Shown: piece by piece, positions 7,578 to 18,428 of the stretch
Layout: the number at the start of each line of letters is the position of its first letter
Numbering within the stretch: the first letter of the stretch is position 1
NCBI GenBank assembly: GCA_026387835.1
Contig: JAPLKZ010000010.1
Location: 236,379 to 268,378 of the forward strand
Reading direction: 5' to 3'
Source: Candidatus Saganbacteria bacterium
Lineage (GTDB): Bacteria; Margulisbacteria; WOR-1; JAKLHX01
DNA length: 32,000 bases
Made by a program: the position numbers and the translations under genes
The notes under the pieces: generated by a model
Seen by the model: the letters and a program-made list of their open reading frames with translations, nothing else
Databases searched by the model: none
Told to the model about the DNA's origin: nothing

Positions 7578-8069
7578 ATGAGCAAAGACGCTTCTTTCGA
7601 CATCGTCTCAAAGGTCAACCTGCCGGAGCTCGACAACGCCCTTCACCAGGTGATGAACGAGATCAGGCAGAGATTTGATTTCAAAGGAAGCACCAGCGAG
7701 GTGACAAAAGAAGGAGATGATCTTGTTTTTGCATCGGAAGATGAATTCAAGCTTAAGAATGTCATTGATATTTTTCATACAAAGATCTCTAAAAGAGGGA
7801 TTTCGCCTAAGTTCTTTGATTTCGGCAAGGTCGAAAGCGCTCTCGGCGGGACGGTGAAGCAGCCCGTAAAGATAAAGACCGGCATCCAGCAGGAAAAGTC
7901 AAAAGAGATAATAAAGATGATAAAAGACGCAAAAATAAAGGTCCAGTCCCAGATCCAGGCCGATCAGATAAGGGTTTCCGGCAAGAACAAAGACGACCTT
8001 CAGCTTGTCATCCAGATGCTGCGTAAGGCAAATCTTGATATCGAGCTTCAATTCGTGAATTACAGGTGA
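7578..8069 (+). CDS. yajQ: YajQ family cyclic-di-GMP/nucleotide-binding protein
   Basis: MSKDASFDIVSKVNLPELDNALHQVMNEIRQRFDFKGS...GKVESALGGTVKQPVKIKTGIQQEKSKEIIKMIKDAKIKVQSQIQADQIRVSGKNKDDLQLVIQMLR. Track ORF 7446..8069 is over-extended; homology begins at 7578. Confidence 0.94.
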   Translation: MSKDASFDIVSKVNLPELDNALHQVMNEIRQRFDFKGSTSEVTKEGDDLVFASEDEFKLKNVIDIFHTKISKRGISPKFFDFGKVESALGGTVKQPVKIKTGIQQEKSKEIIKMIKDAKIKVQSQIQADQIRVSGKNKDDLQLVIQMLRKANLDIELQFVNYR

Positions 8070-8092
8070 TCTTTTCCTGCCGGTACCGCCAC

Positions 8093-8123
8093 TTGACCTG
8101 ACCATATCCAAAGATGCTATAAT
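8093..8123 (+). promoter_or_regulatory. Putative promoter upstream of pgsA operon (TTGACC...TGCTATAAT)
   Basis: TTGACC at 8093-8098, TATAAT at 8118-8123 with TG extension; 19-nt spacer is longer than optimal. Confidence 0.4.
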
Positions 8124-8269
8124 TGATGTAATAAAAGTACTGGCGGGTCAAGAACCTGCCATCTACACTTGATATCTTTTTGAACGCCTGAAGGACGACA
8201 AGGGGGAAGGCATTATATATTAAGATGTCAATCAGAGTAATTAATCCGGACCCAAAGGAGATTTTTTCA

Positions 8270-8389
8270 GTGATGTTAACAAGACTTTTTGAAGATTTTT
8301 CTTTTTCACCGAAAAAGAAGAACCTGTCATCGCCCGGAAAAAAGGCCTTTGGTCATGATCCGGCCGGTTTTAGGCGTGACTCAGGCTAA
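8270..8389 (+). CDS. Candidate small ORF (leader peptide-like) overlapping the pgsA start
   Basis: AAAGGAG then GTG ATG: (V)MLTRLFEDFSFSPKKKNLSSPGKKAFGHDPAGFRRDSG*; stop TAA at 8387-8389 overlaps the pgsA start region in another frame. Confidence 0.3.
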   Translation: MMLTRLFEDFSFSPKKKNLSSPGKKAFGHDPAGFRRDSG

Positions 8390-8888
8390 CCGGATAACGC
8401 TGGTCAGGGTCCTTTTAATCCCCCTCTTCATTTACTTTCTGCTGTCGACGTCGCTTCCTTTAAGCAAATGGATAGCCGCGGGGCTTTTTATCGCCCTTGC
8501 CTCAACTGATGCCCTTGACGGTTTTGTCGCGAGAAAATACGGACAGGTCACCGAACTTGGCAAGCTTATAGACCCTATCGCCGACAAAATGCTTGTCTAT
8601 GCCGCGTTCATGGGATTCGTGCAGATGGGGAAACTCTGGTCCTGGGTAGTCCTGATAATTGTCATGCGGGACTTTGCTGTGATGGGGCTCAGGGTATGGG
8701 CGGCAAAGAAGGGTGAGATAATCCCCGCGGGAGACACGGGAAAATGGAAGACGGCCTTGCAGATGACCGCGATCGTTTTCCTGATCCTTGACTGGCCTGC
8801 CGCAATGCTTTTATTTTTGATATCTTTAATACTTTGTGTCGTGTCCGGATTTGATTATTTCAGGCAAGCGGACCTGAGCGGAGCTTGA
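8376..8888 (+). CDS. pgsA: CDP-diacylglycerol--glycerol-3-phosphate 3-phosphatidyltransferase
   Basis: TQANRITLVRVLLIPLFIYFLL...FIALASTDALDGFVARKYGQVTELGKLIDPIADKMLVYAAFM: CDP-alcohol phosphotransferase motif DG(x)2AR(x)8G(x)3D(x)3D. Start GTG 8376 by homology; ATG 8355 is an alternative (track ORF starts 8289). Confidence 0.92.
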   Translation: MTQANRITLVRVLLIPLFIYFLLSTSLPLSKWIAAGLFIALASTDALDGFVARKYGQVTELGKLIDPIADKMLVYAAFMGFVQMGKLWSWVVLIIVMRDFAVMGLRVWAAKKGEIIPAGDTGKWKTALQMTAIVFLILDWPAAMLLFLISLILCVVSGFDYFRQADLSGA

Positions 8889-8889
8889 T

Positions 8890-9435
8890 ATGGACAGCGG
8901 ACAGAACCAGCTGGAAGATTTTTTCAGCAAGATGATGAGCGCGATCGGAAAGACCACCGATCAGGAGATAGCTGACACGCTGACAAAAGAAAAGCTGACG
9001 ATCTCGGTAGCCGAATCCCTGACCGGAGGTCTTATCAGCGAGAGATTGTCCTCTGCTTCGGGAGCGTCGGAATACTTTGTCGGCGGCATAGTCTGCTACA
9101 CGAACAGAGTAAAGGTCATGGACCTTGCGGTCCCTCCTTCACTGATAGTAAAAGAGGGCCCGGTAAGCAGGGAAGTGGCGCTGTTGCTTGCAGAAAATAT
9201 TAGGAAGAAATACAAGACGCACATAGGGCTGTCGGCCACCGGAGTAGCAGGTCCGGCGACCGTCTCCCCGCCAAAACCGATAGGGCTTACATTTGTCGCG
9301 CTGTCGTCCGAAAAAGGCAGTATCTGCAAAGAATTGAATTTGAGCGGGAGCAGGGCCGATATAAGGCAGAAAGCGGCGCAGGGAGCGCTGGGGCTTTTGT
9401 GGCTGCACCTGAGCGGCCAGGATATCGGGCAATGA
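8890..9435 (+). CDS. cinA: CinA family protein (C-terminal nicotinamide-nucleotide amidohydrolase domain)
   Basis: 181 aa; LTISVAESLTGGLISERLSSASGASEYFVGGIVCYTNRVKVMDLAVP...GLSATGVAGPATVSPPKPIGLTFVALSS. Confidence 0.93.
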   Translation: MDSGQNQLEDFFSKMMSAIGKTTDQEIADTLTKEKLTISVAESLTGGLISERLSSASGASEYFVGGIVCYTNRVKVMDLAVPPSLIVKEGPVSREVALLLAENIRKKYKTHIGLSATGVAGPATVSPPKPIGLTFVALSSEKGSICKELNLSGSRADIRQKAAQGALGLLWLHLSGQDIGQ

Positions 9436-9545
9436 AGAGTGTAGGATTTTTCGACAGGAAAGTAGGGTTGGCGGGCTGATTGCTCATTATTGACTGATTA
9501 CGGATAAAAAATGCCGTAAATCAAAAAATGAAAGGAGAAATGTTT

Positions 9546-10604
9546 ATGGTTCAAGATGAGAAAGAAAAAGCGCTCGGGATGGCGATCTCACAGATAGAGA
9601 AGAGTTATGGAAAAGGGGCGATCATGAAGATGGGTGATTCCTCAAGGTTCACGGTGGAATCGATCTCAACGGGGATAATTTCCCTTGATTCCGCCCTGGG
9701 AGTGGGAGGCTTCCCGAGGGGAAGGATCGTAGAGATATACGGGCCGGAAGCCGGAGGAAAGACGACCGTATCGCTCCAGGCGATCGGCGCGGCGCAGAAA
9801 AAAGGGGGAATAGCGGCATTCATCGATGCGGAACATGCGCTTGACCCGATCTATGCAAAAAAGCTGGGGGTCGACATCGACAATCTATTGATATCCCAGC
9901 CGGATTACGGTGAACAGGCGCTCGAGATCTGCGAGACCCTTGTCAGGAGCGGAGCGGTAGACATTATTGTCATCGACTCAGTAGCGGCTCTGGTGCCGAA
10001 AGCCGAGATCGAGGGGGAGATGGGCGAATCGCAGATAGGCCTGCAGGCACGTCTGATGTCCAAGGCGCTCAGAAAGCTGACGGCCGTCATCAGCAAATCA
10101 AAGACCGTTGTCATCTTCATCAACCAGTTGAGGGAAAAGATCGGCATCATGTTCGGAAATCCGGAAGTGACGCCCGGAGGGAGAGCGTTAAAATTTTACT
10201 GTTCCGTGCGTCTCGATGTAAGGCCTACCGAAAAGATAAAGGACGGGGATAAGATCATAGGGACCAGAGTAAGGGTAAAGGTCGTGAAGAACAAGGTCGC
10301 TCCCCCGTTCAAAGAAGCTTCGTTCGTCCTCACGCACGGGGAAGGCATCAGCAGGGAAGGAGACCTTCTTGACCTCGCGACGACCTTCGGGATCACGCAG
10401 AAAAGCGGGGCGTGGTTCCTTTTCGGCGACGAAAAACTTGGCCAGGGCTGGGACAATTCAAAGCAGTTCTTAAAGGAACATAAGGACATCTATTCCAAGG
10501 TCGAGGTCGCTGTCAGGAAGATCATCGCTTCGCAGCATCCCGGAGCAAAACCGGCGGTAAAAGAGATCGCGAAAGAAGACGCAAAAAAAAGGAAATATAA
10601 CTGA
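9546..10604 (+). CDS. recA: Recombinase RecA
   Basis: [31 protein letters not shown]...[69 protein letters not shown]...[39 protein letters not shown] upstream; ATG 9540 or 9528 also possible. Confidence 0.98.
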   Translation: MVQDEKEKALGMAISQIEKSYGKGAIMKMGDSSRFTVESISTGIISLDSALGVGGFPRGRIVEIYGPEAGGKTTVSLQAIGAAQKKGGIAAFIDAEHALDPIYAKKLGVDIDNLLISQPDYGEQALEICETLVRSGAVDIIVIDSVAALVPKAEIEGEMGESQIGLQARLMSKALRKLTAVISKSKTVVIFINQLREKIGIMFGNPEVTPGGRALKFYCSVRLDVRPTEKIKDGDKIIGTRVRVKVVKNKVAPPFKEASFVLTHGEGISREGDLLDLATTFGITQKSGAWFLFGDEKLGQGWDNSKQFLKEHKDIYSKVEVAVRKIIASQHPGAKPAVKEIAKEDAKKRKYN

Positions 10605-10645
10605 TCCGGATATTGTTCTGATAAATGTAGCAGGAGGGAATTAAC

Positions 10646-12193
10646 ATGAGTTTTATGGCACTTGTTTATACGATACTGGCGGCTGTTGTATTATTCGGCT
10701 TTGGCATCGCGTATCTTGTCCTGCGCAGGCAGCTTGCCGAACAAAAGGTGAGGATAGCCGAAGAGAGCGCGAAAAAGATACTTGAGGACGCGAAAAGGGA
10801 GGCTGACACAAAAAGAAAGGAAGCCATCATAGAGGCAAAGGACGAGGCTCTCCGCATGAGATCGGAATTTGAGAAGGAGAGCAAGGAACGAAAATCCGAG
10901 CTTCTTTCTTTTGAAAAAAGGCTGATGCAGAAAGAAGAGCATCTTGACCAGAAAGAGCAGCAGATAGAAAAGAACGAGACCGCGGTAAAGGCCCGGACCG
11001 AAGAGGTCGCAAAGATAAGGGAAGAGCTGCAAAACGCCCTGAATAAGAACGTGGTGGAACTCGAAAGGGTCGCGGGCCTTTCGAAGGACGAAGGCAAAAG
11101 GATACTTCTCCAAAATCTTGAAAAAGATATAGAAAAAGAAGCGTCGATCCTTATTAAGAACCGCGAAGAACAGGTAAAAAAAGAAGCCGACAGAAAAGCA
11201 AGGGAGATACTCACGACCGCCATTCAAAGGTGCGCCGTGGACCACGTCGTAGAGACGACGGTCACGGTCGTCGAGCTGCCGAGCGATGATCTCAAAGGCA
11301 GGATAATCGGAAAAGAAGGCCGCAATATAAGGGCTTTCGAACAGGCTTCCGGAGTAGACCTGATAGTCGATGATACTCCCGGCGCCGTGATCCTTTCCAG
11401 CTTTGACCCGCTCAGAAGGGAGACCGCCAAGCTGACGCTTGAAAAACTGATCGTGGACGGAAGGATCCATCCTGCCAGGGTCGAAGAAATGTACGAAAAA
11501 TCCAAGCAGGAACTTAAAGTCGCTATGTGGGAATACGGCGAGCGCGCCGCACTTGAATGCGACGTGCACAACCTTCCTCCGGTGCTCATACAGCTCCTCG
11601 GCCGCCTGAGGTTCAGGACAAGCTACGGGCAGAACGTCCTGACACATTCCATAGAGATGGCAAAGCTCTCCGGCATGATAGCCGCGGAGCTCGGGGTTAA
11701 CATCAGGCTGGCAAAAAGGGCCGCGCTTCTTCACGATATAGGAAAAGCCATAGATCAGGAGATCGAAGGGACACATCCTAAACTCGGCGCCATGTTCGCG
11801 CAAAAGGCCGGAGAATCCCCCGAGATCGTACATGCCATCATGGCCCACCATAACGATGAAGAACCCAGGACAATAGAAGCCGTGATCGTCCAGGTGGCGG
11901 ATACGATATCCGCCGGCAGGCCCGGAGCCAGGCGCGATACGCTTGAAGCTTATATCAAGCGCCTTGAAAAACTTGAATCGACCGCGAACTCCTTTGAAGG
12001 CGTTGAAAAGACCTACGCCATACAGGCCGGAAGGGAAGTCAGGGTGGTGGTAAAACCCGATAAGATCGACGATACGACCTCGGCCAAGCTCGCCTATGAC
12101 ATAGCAAGGAAGATCGAACAGGAACTCGAGTATCCCGGCGAGATAAAGGTGACGGTGATAAGGGAGACGAGGAACACGGAAGTGGCAAAATAG
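10646..12193 (+). CDS. rny: Ribonuclease Y
   Basis: 515 aa; N-terminal TM, long coiled coil, KH domain ([30 protein letters not shown]) and HD domain ([16 protein letters not shown]...[10 protein letters not shown]...[44 protein letters not shown]). Confidence 0.97.
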   Translation: MSFMALVYTILAAVVLFGFGIAYLVLRRQLAEQKVRIAEESAKKILEDAKREADTKRKEAIIEAKDEALRMRSEFEKESKERKSELLSFEKRLMQKEEHLDQKEQQIEKNETAVKARTEEVAKIREELQNALNKNVVELERVAGLSKDEGKRILLQNLEKDIEKEASILIKNREEQVKKEADRKAREILTTAIQRCAVDHVVETTVTVVELPSDDLKGRIIGKEGRNIRAFEQASGVDLIVDDTPGAVILSSFDPLRRETAKLTLEKLIVDGRIHPARVEEMYEKSKQELKVAMWEYGERAALECDVHNLPPVLIQLLGRLRFRTSYGQNVLTHSIEMAKLSGMIAAELGVNIRLAKRAALLHDIGKAIDQEIEGTHPKLGAMFAQKAGESPEIVHAIMAHHNDEEPRTIEAVIVQVADTISAGRPGARRDTLEAYIKRLEKLESTANSFEGVEKTYAIQAGREVRVVVKPDKIDDTTSAKLAYDIARKIEQELEYPGEIKVTVIRETRNTEVAK

Positions 12194-12197
12194 GATA

Positions 12198-12971
12198 ATG
12201 ACAAAGATTTTATTTATCGGCGATATCATCGGGAAACCCGGAAGGGAGACAGTAAAAAAGCTCCTGCCTTCTTTGAAGGAGGAATTCTCTGCGGACCTGA
12301 TCATCGCCAACGGAGAGAACGCCGCCGGGGGCATGGGTATCAATGCGAAAAAATATCAGGAACTTATCGATTCCGGTATTGAGATCGTCACTTTGGGCAA
12401 CCATGCCTGGCATAACAAGGATTTCACCAGAGAAATATCAGAATGCCGCAATATCGTCCGGCCCGCAAACTATCCGCCCGGCACTCCAGGAAATGGCAGG
12501 ATCATCTATCGTGGGATTGGCGTGATAAATCTTCTGGGACGTGTATTCATGAAAGAGCTCGATTGCCCGTTCAGGGCGGTCGACAGGATAATCGATGAAC
12601 TTAAAGGGCAGACAAAGATCATCATCGTCGATGTGCACGGAGAAGCGACTTCGGAAAAACAGGCTTTGGGGTGGTATCTTGACGGAAGGGTGAGCGCGGT
12701 GATCGGGACGCACACGCATGTCCAGACAGCCGACGAAAGGATTCTTCCGAACGGAACGGCCTATATCACTGACGCGGGGATGGTAGGTCCGAATAATTCT
12801 GTTATCGGCGTTGATACTACTGCGATAATCGAACGGTTTTTGACCCAGCTGCCGAAAAGGTTCGAGGTGGCAAAAGAAGGGCCGAACGTTTTCAATGCCG
12901 TGGTCCTGGATATTGATGAATCTACGGGAAAAGCCAGGGGGATAAAGAGAATTTTCAGGGTTGTTGAATAG
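12198..12971 (+). CDS. ymdB: YmdB/TIGR00282 family metallophosphoesterase
   Basis: 257 aa; ILFIGDIIGKPGRETVKKLLP...LIIANGENAAGGMGINAKKYQELIDSGIEIVTLGNHAWHNKDF...DVHGEATSEKQALGWYLDGRVSAVIGTHTHVQTADERILPNGTAYITDAGM; directly downstream of rny as in many bacteria. Confidence 0.95.
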   Translation: MTKILFIGDIIGKPGRETVKKLLPSLKEEFSADLIIANGENAAGGMGINAKKYQELIDSGIEIVTLGNHAWHNKDFTREISECRNIVRPANYPPGTPGNGRIIYRGIGVINLLGRVFMKELDCPFRAVDRIIDELKGQTKIIIVDVHGEATSEKQALGWYLDGRVSAVIGTHTHVQTADERILPNGTAYITDAGMVGPNNSVIGVDTTAIIERFLTQLPKRFEVAKEGPNVFNAVVLDIDESTGKARGIKRIFRVVE

Positions 12972-12972
12972 T

Positions 12973-15660
12973 CTATTTCAGGGTTTTTATCCGCTCTTCG
13001 AGGATCGTCTTTTTATTTTGATATTCTTTTAATTTTTCTTTTTCCGCATCGACCAATTCCGGCTTAGCACGTCCGGTAAAATCCTTATTTTCGAGTTTTT
13101 CTTTTGTGCGGCTTATCAATGCGTCCATTTCATCCAGGTGTTTTTGAAGCCTTTCTTTTTCTTTTTCAAAATCTATCAGGCCTTCCAGCGGCACATAGAT
13201 CTCGATATTAGACACAACGGCCGAAGCGCTTTGCTCAGGTTTTTCGCGCAGCCTATCAAGGACTTCGATCTTGCTTGCCTTCGCCAGACTGATCATGTAT
13301 GGGAGCAATTCACGCACGACATCTTTTTGGCCTCCCGCAGATATTATCGCGGATATTTCTTTGTTAGGGGGGACGTTCATCTCGGCCCTGATGTTCCTGA
13401 TAGAGCGGATGATCTCTATCATGAGGGCGACCTTGGCCTCTGTTTTTTCATCGATCAAAGACGGGTTGCTATCTGGCCAATCAGAAAGCATTATGGTCTT
13501 TCCGCCGCCGATTATTGAAAATATTTCTTCAGTCTCGAACGGCATGAACGGATGAAGCAATTTTACCGTCCCCAAAAGAACGGTCTTTAGGACTTTTAAA
13601 GTGTTTTCCTTGTTCGGACTTTGATCGTAAATGCTTTGTTTTGATAATTCCACGAACCAGTCGCAAAATTCGCTCCAGATAAATTCATACAACCTTCTCG
13701 CCGCTTCGCCGAATTCGAATTCTTCAAGAAGCTTTGTTGTCTGGCCGATCGTCCTGTTGAACCTGGACAGGATCCATTTGTCCGCAACGGTCAGCCGACC
13801 GGTATCGAACTTAGTATCGGCCGCCTCACCCTGCATCAGGACAAAACGGGACACGTTCCATATTTTATTGGCAAAGTTCCTTCCTTCAGTGATCTTCTCC
13901 TCGGTAAGCTTGAGGTCCTGCCCTCCGGATGTCACAAGAGAGGTCAGGGCGAAACGGAGCGCGTCCGCCCCCACCCTTTCGATCACATCGATCGGGTCGA
14001 TCACATTGCCGAGCGATTTGCTCATTTTTTTTCCGGAAATATCCCTGATAAGACCGTGTATGAATACTTTGCCAAACGGCTCGCTCCCCATAAAATGAAG
14101 CCCCATCATTATCATCTTCGAGACCCAGAAAGTTATTATGTCATATCCTGTAATAAGGGCTGATGTCGGATAATATGTCTCAAGGTCTTTTGTCTTTTGC
14201 GGCCAGCCAAGGGTCGAGAACGGCCAGAGCGATGACGAGAACCATGTGTCAAGAACATCTTCATCCTGGGAAAGGCTTTTCCCTCCGCAGGCCGGACATT
14301 TTTCCGGGTCCGCTTCGCTGACGATCACTTCCCCGCAGGCGCAGTACCATACCGGTATCCTGTGGCCCCACCAGATCTGCCGTGATATGCACCAATCCTT
14401 CAGGTTCATCATCCAGTCGGTATATACTTTTGACCAGCGTGACGGGATAAACTCAATTTTTTTCTGCTCGACCGCCTCTATCGCTTTTTCGGCAAGAGAA
14501 GCTACTTTCACGAACCATTGGTCGGAAAGGGACGGTTCGATCACCGTCTTACACCGGTAACAGCTGCCCGCGGAATTCTCGTAGTCCTCGATCTTTTCAA
14601 TGGACCCGTTCTCTTCAAGCGCTTTGACTATCGCTTCCCTGGCTTTTTGCCTTTCAAGCCCCTCGATACCGTTTATTCCCTTTTTTTCTTCCGCGCTGAA
14701 CTCTTCGAGTGTTATCTTCGCGTCTTTTGTCAGGATATTGATCTTTGGCAAGTTGTGTCTTGCACCCATATCAAAGTCATTCGGATCATGTGCCGGAGTG
14801 ACTTTTACCGCGCCGGTCCCGAAAGACGGATCGACAAACTCATCTGCAATGACCGGGATTATCCTGTTCACTAAAGGCAGGATCAAGTTTTTGCCTGTCA
14901 AATGTTTATATCTCTCATCATCAGGGTTGACCGCAACGGCAGTATCACCCAGCATAGTCTCGGGTCTTGTCGTCGCCACAACAACGAAATCATTTGTCCC
15001 GGCTGCCGGCTTCTGGTTACCGGCTACTTTATATTTTATGTACCAGAGCTTACCCTTCCTGGTCTCATGCTCAACTTCAATGTCCGATATCGCTGTTTTG
15101 CACCTGGGGCACCAGTTGACCATCCTTTTGCCGCGGTAGATCAGGCCTTCTTTGTATAACGACACAAACGCTTTCCTGACGGCTTTGGACAGGCCTTCGT
15201 CCATCGTGAAGCGCTCTCTTTTCCAGTCACACGAAGCCCCGAGCCTTCTCAGCTGTTTTGTTATCGTCGAGCCGTAAAGGCCTTTCCATTTCCATACTCT
15301 CTTCTCGAACTCCTCCCTGCCTATGTCCTCTTTCTTTTTCTTTTCTTTTGACAGGTCTTTTTCTACGACGTTCTGCGTCGCTATCCCGGCATGGTCGGTT
15401 CCTGGGACCCATAGGGTCTTATAACCCTGCATCCTGCGGAACCTTATGAGGATATCCTGGAGAGTATTATCAAGGGCATGCCCCATATGCAAGGAACCGG
15501 TCACGTTGGGCGGAGGTATAACAATGACAAACTTCCCTAGATTAGTGTTCTGGTGAGCGGTCGTGGGGCCGTCCGGCGAGAAAAAACCGCTTTCCTCCCA
15601 GATCTTGTACCATTTGCCTTCGACTTTGGTCTGGTCGTATGTCTTGGACAGTTCCATCAT
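12973..15660 (-). CDS. valS: Valyl-tRNA synthetase
   Basis: PPPNVTGSLHMGHALDNTLQDILIRFRRMQGYKTLWVPGTDHAGIATQ (HIGH-type motif), KKMSKSLGNVIDPIDVIERVGADALRF (KMSKS), DTWFSSSLWPFSTLGWP, C-terminal coiled coil. Start near 15660 overlaps the stop of the upstream gene; track ORF begins 15693. Confidence 0.97.
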   Translation of the reverse strand: MMELSKTYDQTKVEGKWYKIWEESGFFSPDGPTTAHQNTNLGKFVIVIPPPNVTGSLHMGHALDNTLQDILIRFRRMQGYKTLWVPGTDHAGIATQNVVEKDLSKEKKKKEDIGREEFEKRVWKWKGLYGSTITKQLRRLGASCDWKRERFTMDEGLSKAVRKAFVSLYKEGLIYRGKRMVNWCPRCKTAISDIEVEHETRKGKLWYIKYKVAGNQKPAAGTNDFVVVATTRPETMLGDTAVAVNPDDERYKHLTGKNLILPLVNRIIPVIADEFVDPSFGTGAVKVTPAHDPNDFDMGARHNLPKINILTKDAKITLEEFSAEEKKGINGIEGLERQKAREAIVKALEENGSIEKIEDYENSAGSCYRCKTVIEPSLSDQWFVKVASLAEKAIEAVEQKKIEFIPSRWSKVYTDWMMNLKDWCISRQIWWGHRIPVWYCACGEVIVSEADPEKCPACGGKSLSQDEDVLDTWFSSSLWPFSTLGWPQKTKDLETYYPTSALITGYDIITFWVSKMIMMGLHFMGSEPFGKVFIHGLIRDISGKKMSKSLGNVIDPIDVIERVGADALRFALTSLVTSGGQDLKLTEEKITEGRNFANKIWNVSRFVLMQGEAADTKFDTGRLTVADKWILSRFNRTIGQTTKLLEEFEFGEAARRLYEFIWSEFCDWFVELSKQSIYDQSPNKENTLKVLKTVLLGTVKLLHPFMPFETEEIFSIIGGGKTIMLSDWPDSNPSLIDEKTEAKVALMIEIIRSIRNIRAEMNVPPNKEISAIISAGGQKDVVRELLPYMISLAKASKIEVLDRLREKPEQSASAVVSNIEIYVPLEGLIDFEKEKERLQKHLDEMDALISRTKEKLENKDFTGRAKPELVDAEKEKLKEYQNKKTILEERIKTLK

Positions 15661-16550
15661 AAATAGTTTTCGATGATGCGGGAGGAACTCCATTCCTCCA
15701 GTTTCAGATATTCTTTCATCCCGGCAAAAGTGGCGTCTTTCGGGATGAGGCCGATGATCTCACTCCCAAGGACAGCTATTTCCTTTTTTATTGCTTCTGC
15801 CTTTACCGCATCGAATACCTGTTTGATAGATGATGATTTATAATTCACTATGTTCACTGCCACCTGGACGATGCTTTTGCTCTCCAAAGGGACGCCTATC
15901 GCGCGCACACCGCGAAGTCCGCCGTTCTTTTCCCTGATCTTTTCGGCGATGTCTTTTGCCGCCTGAAGATCATCCGTTTCCAGATCCACGTTGAACGCTA
16001 TCAGTATGTCCCTTGCCCCGATAGCGACCGCGCCCGCTGTCGGATGCAGCTTTGCAGGGCCGAAATCCGGCTTGCCTTCAGGTGTGCATATTCTCTCTGC
16101 AACGCCTTCCAGGCCGCCCTTGCGCACTGCCGACAGTTCTTTTCTTTCGGGAAAACGCGCGATATTGCCGTATATATAGACCGGTATGCCGAGCTCGTCC
16201 GCGATATTGCGCGAGATCTCGTCGCGTATCTTCACGCAGTCGTTGAACGTGGCTTTTCTTATCGGGATGAAAGGGATCACGTCGACCGCTCCCATGCACG
16301 GGTGCACGCCTTTATGGTCATTGAAATTTATGATCTGGACCGCTTTTTTAACCCCCTGGAATATCCCTTCGCACAGCTCGTCCCCCTCGCCAAAAACGGT
16401 AACCACCAGCCTTCCGTGATCGGTGTCATAAGAATAGTCCGCGACTTTTATGCGCGTACCCGCTGACCGGATCGAATTGACGATCGGCTGGATACAGTCG
16501 ATATTTTGCCCGACAGAAAAATTGGGGACTGATTCGATTATTTTTTCCAT
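15657..16550 (-). CDS. ftcD: Glutamate formimidoyltransferase
   Basis: 297 aa; MEKIIESVPNFSVGQNIDCIQPIVNSIR...DHGRLVVTVFG...HKGVHPCMGAVDVIPFIPI...ELGIPVYIYGNIARFPERKELSAVRKGG...RDILIAFNVDLETDD...GVRAIGVPLESKSIVQVAVNIVNY. Confidence 0.95.
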   Translation of the reverse strand: MEKIIESVPNFSVGQNIDCIQPIVNSIRSAGTRIKVADYSYDTDHGRLVVTVFGEGDELCEGIFQGVKKAVQIINFNDHKGVHPCMGAVDVIPFIPIRKATFNDCVKIRDEISRNIADELGIPVYIYGNIARFPERKELSAVRKGGLEGVAERICTPEGKPDFGPAKLHPTAGAVAIGARDILIAFNVDLETDDLQAAKDIAEKIREKNGGLRGVRAIGVPLESKSIVQVAVNIVNYKSSSIKQVFDAVKAEAIKKEIAVLGSEIIGLIPKDATFAGMKEYLKLEEWSSSRIIENYL

Positions 16551-16562
16551 GTGTTTAGCGGT

Positions 16563-18407
16563 TCAAGCGAAAAGTATGCCCTGGTCTGGCCTGATCTTTT
16601 CTTCGACCGGCTCGGTCTCCTTTTTTATCTCTACAAAGTATTTGTCGAGGTGCTCGCCTTCAAGGGTCTCTTTTTCCCGCAGGTCCTTTGCGATGGCAGT
16701 CAGCTTTTCCCTGTTCTTAATAAGAAGTTTTTTTGCTTTTTCGTGGCAGGCGTTGATTATGCCGTTTATCTCCTTGTCGATGGCGTCAGCGGTCATGTCG
16801 CTGTAGTCTTTCTGCTCCCCGAGGTCCCTTCCCAAAAACACCTGCCTGTTGGGCTTGCCATAAGTCCTTGGGCCGAGGGAGCTCATGCCATATTCGCATA
16901 CCATTTTTCTGACAAGCTCGGTAGCCCGTTCAAGGTCGTTATGGGCTCCCGATGTCATCTCGCTGAAGACCAGTTCTTCCGCGACCCTTCCCCCGAGCAT
17001 GACGATCACCTGCTCCAGCACTTCTTCTTTCGTGATCAGATATTTGTCTTCAAGCGGAAGCTGTAATGTATAACCAAGAGCAAAGCCCCTCGGAAGGATA
17101 GAGATCTTGTGAACGGGGTCCGCGTGAGGCAGCAGTTTTGCAAGGAGCGCGTGGCCTACTTCGTGATGCGCCACGATATCCTTTTCTTTTTCGCTTATGA
17201 CCTTGCTTCTTTTCGCCGGCCCGGCAAGGATCCTGTCTATCGCTTCTTCGGCTTCCGGCATCGTCATCTGTTTTTTATTTCTCCTGGCGGCAAGGATCGC
17301 CGCTTCGTTCAAAAGGTTCTCGAGGTCGGCACCTGTGAATCCTGAAGTCCTTCTCGCAAGGACTTCGAGGTCTACGCTTTTGTCGATTTTTTTGCCTTGC
17401 GCGTGCACTTCCAGTATCGCTTTTCTTCCTTTTATATCCGGCTTGTCAAGGACAACCTGCCTGTCAAACCTGCCTGGCCGCAGAAGCGCGGGGTCCAGGA
17501 TGTCCGGCCTGTTGGTCGCGGCGATCACTATGACATTGATCTTGGGATCGAAGCCGTCCATCTCCACAAGAAGCTGGTTAAGCGTCTGCTCCCTTTCATC
17601 ATGGCCTCCTCCAAGCCCGGCACCCCTGTGGCGGCCTACCGCGTCGATCTCGTCCATGAAGATTATGCAGGGAGAATTCTTCTTTGCCTGGGTGAAAAGG
17701 TCCCTCACCCGGGACGCGCCGACACCGACGAACATCTCAACGAAATCCGAACCTGAGAGCGAGAAGAAAGGGACTTCTGCTTCGCCTGCGATCGCCCTTG
17801 CGAGAAGCGTCTTGCCCGTTCCGGGAGGCCCCATCAGAAGCACCCCTTTGGGTATTTTGGCACCTATTTCCTTGAATTTTTGCGGTGTCTTCAAGAATTC
17901 CACGATCTCTTTCAGCTCTTCTTTTGCCTCTTCGATCCCGGCTACGTCCGCAAATGTGACCTTGATATTTGATTCAAGCGGCTTTGCCCGCGACCTTCCG
18001 AAAGAAAGGGCTGTTGTGTTCGCTGACTGCGCCTGCCGTATCAAAAGCCACCAGAGCGCTGCAAAGAAAAGCAGGGGGAGTATTATCTGGATGACGAAGT
18101 TGAGCAGCCATCCGGACTCCGCGGGCTGCTCGACCCTGATATCGATCTTTTTATTTCGGAGCGTCTGCACAAGATTGGGATAATTGAAGGCCCGCGTCTT
18201 AAAAAGCTTCCCGTCTCCGGTCTTCCCCGAGATGACATCACCGGCTATTGTTATGTCTTTTACCTGGCCGGCATCGACTTTATTGAGGAACTGTGAAAAT
18301 GATATCTCTGACTGCTTTGATATGGAACCGAAAAACGGAGACAGGAGCCCTATCGCGATAAGCGCGATAACACCGTAGATCAAAAAATTTTTCCATGTAT
18401 CTTTCAT
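16563..18407 (-). CDS. ftsH: ATP-dependent zinc metalloprotease FtsH
   Basis: 614 aa; [24 protein letters not shown]...[18 protein letters not shown]...[28 protein letters not shown]...[19 protein letters not shown]; protease motif HEVGH (HExxH). Confidence 0.98.
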   Translation of the reverse strand: MKDTWKNFLIYGVIALIAIGLLSPFFGSISKQSEISFSQFLNKVDAGQVKDITIAGDVISGKTGDGKLFKTRAFNYPNLVQTLRNKKIDIRVEQPAESGWLLNFVIQIILPLLFFAALWWLLIRQAQSANTTALSFGRSRAKPLESNIKVTFADVAGIEEAKEELKEIVEFLKTPQKFKEIGAKIPKGVLLMGPPGTGKTLLARAIAGEAEVPFFSLSGSDFVEMFVGVGASRVRDLFTQAKKNSPCIIFMDEIDAVGRHRGAGLGGGHDEREQTLNQLLVEMDGFDPKINVIVIAATNRPDILDPALLRPGRFDRQVVLDKPDIKGRKAILEVHAQGKKIDKSVDLEVLARRTSGFTGADLENLLNEAAILAARRNKKQMTMPEAEEAIDRILAGPAKRSKVISEKEKDIVAHHEVGHALLAKLLPHADPVHKISILPRGFALGYTLQLPLEDKYLITKEEVLEQVIVMLGGRVAEELVFSEMTSGAHNDLERATELVRKMVCEYGMSSLGPRTYGKPNRQVFLGRDLGEQKDYSDMTADAIDKEINGIINACHEKAKKLLIKNREKLTAIAKDLREKETLEGEHLDKYFVEIKKETEPVEEKIRPDQGILFA

Positions 18408-18428
18408 TGTCTTTATGCTTTAATTATA

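Noticed and set aside
10691-12343. 550-aa ORF on the minus strand opposite rny
   Set aside because: Fully antisense to the well-supported rny/ymdB coding sequence; Pro/Phe/Arg-rich translation with no recognisable domain, a typical shadow ORF.
17197-18183. 328-aa plus-strand ORF opposite ftsH
   Set aside because: Shadow ORF of ftsH (all conserved FtsH motifs are on the minus strand); no independent domain signature.
16563-18407. FtsH HEVGH instead of the usual HEAGH as a sign of inactivation
   Set aside because: The HExxH zinc motif is intact and the A-to-V change is at a non-coordinating position.
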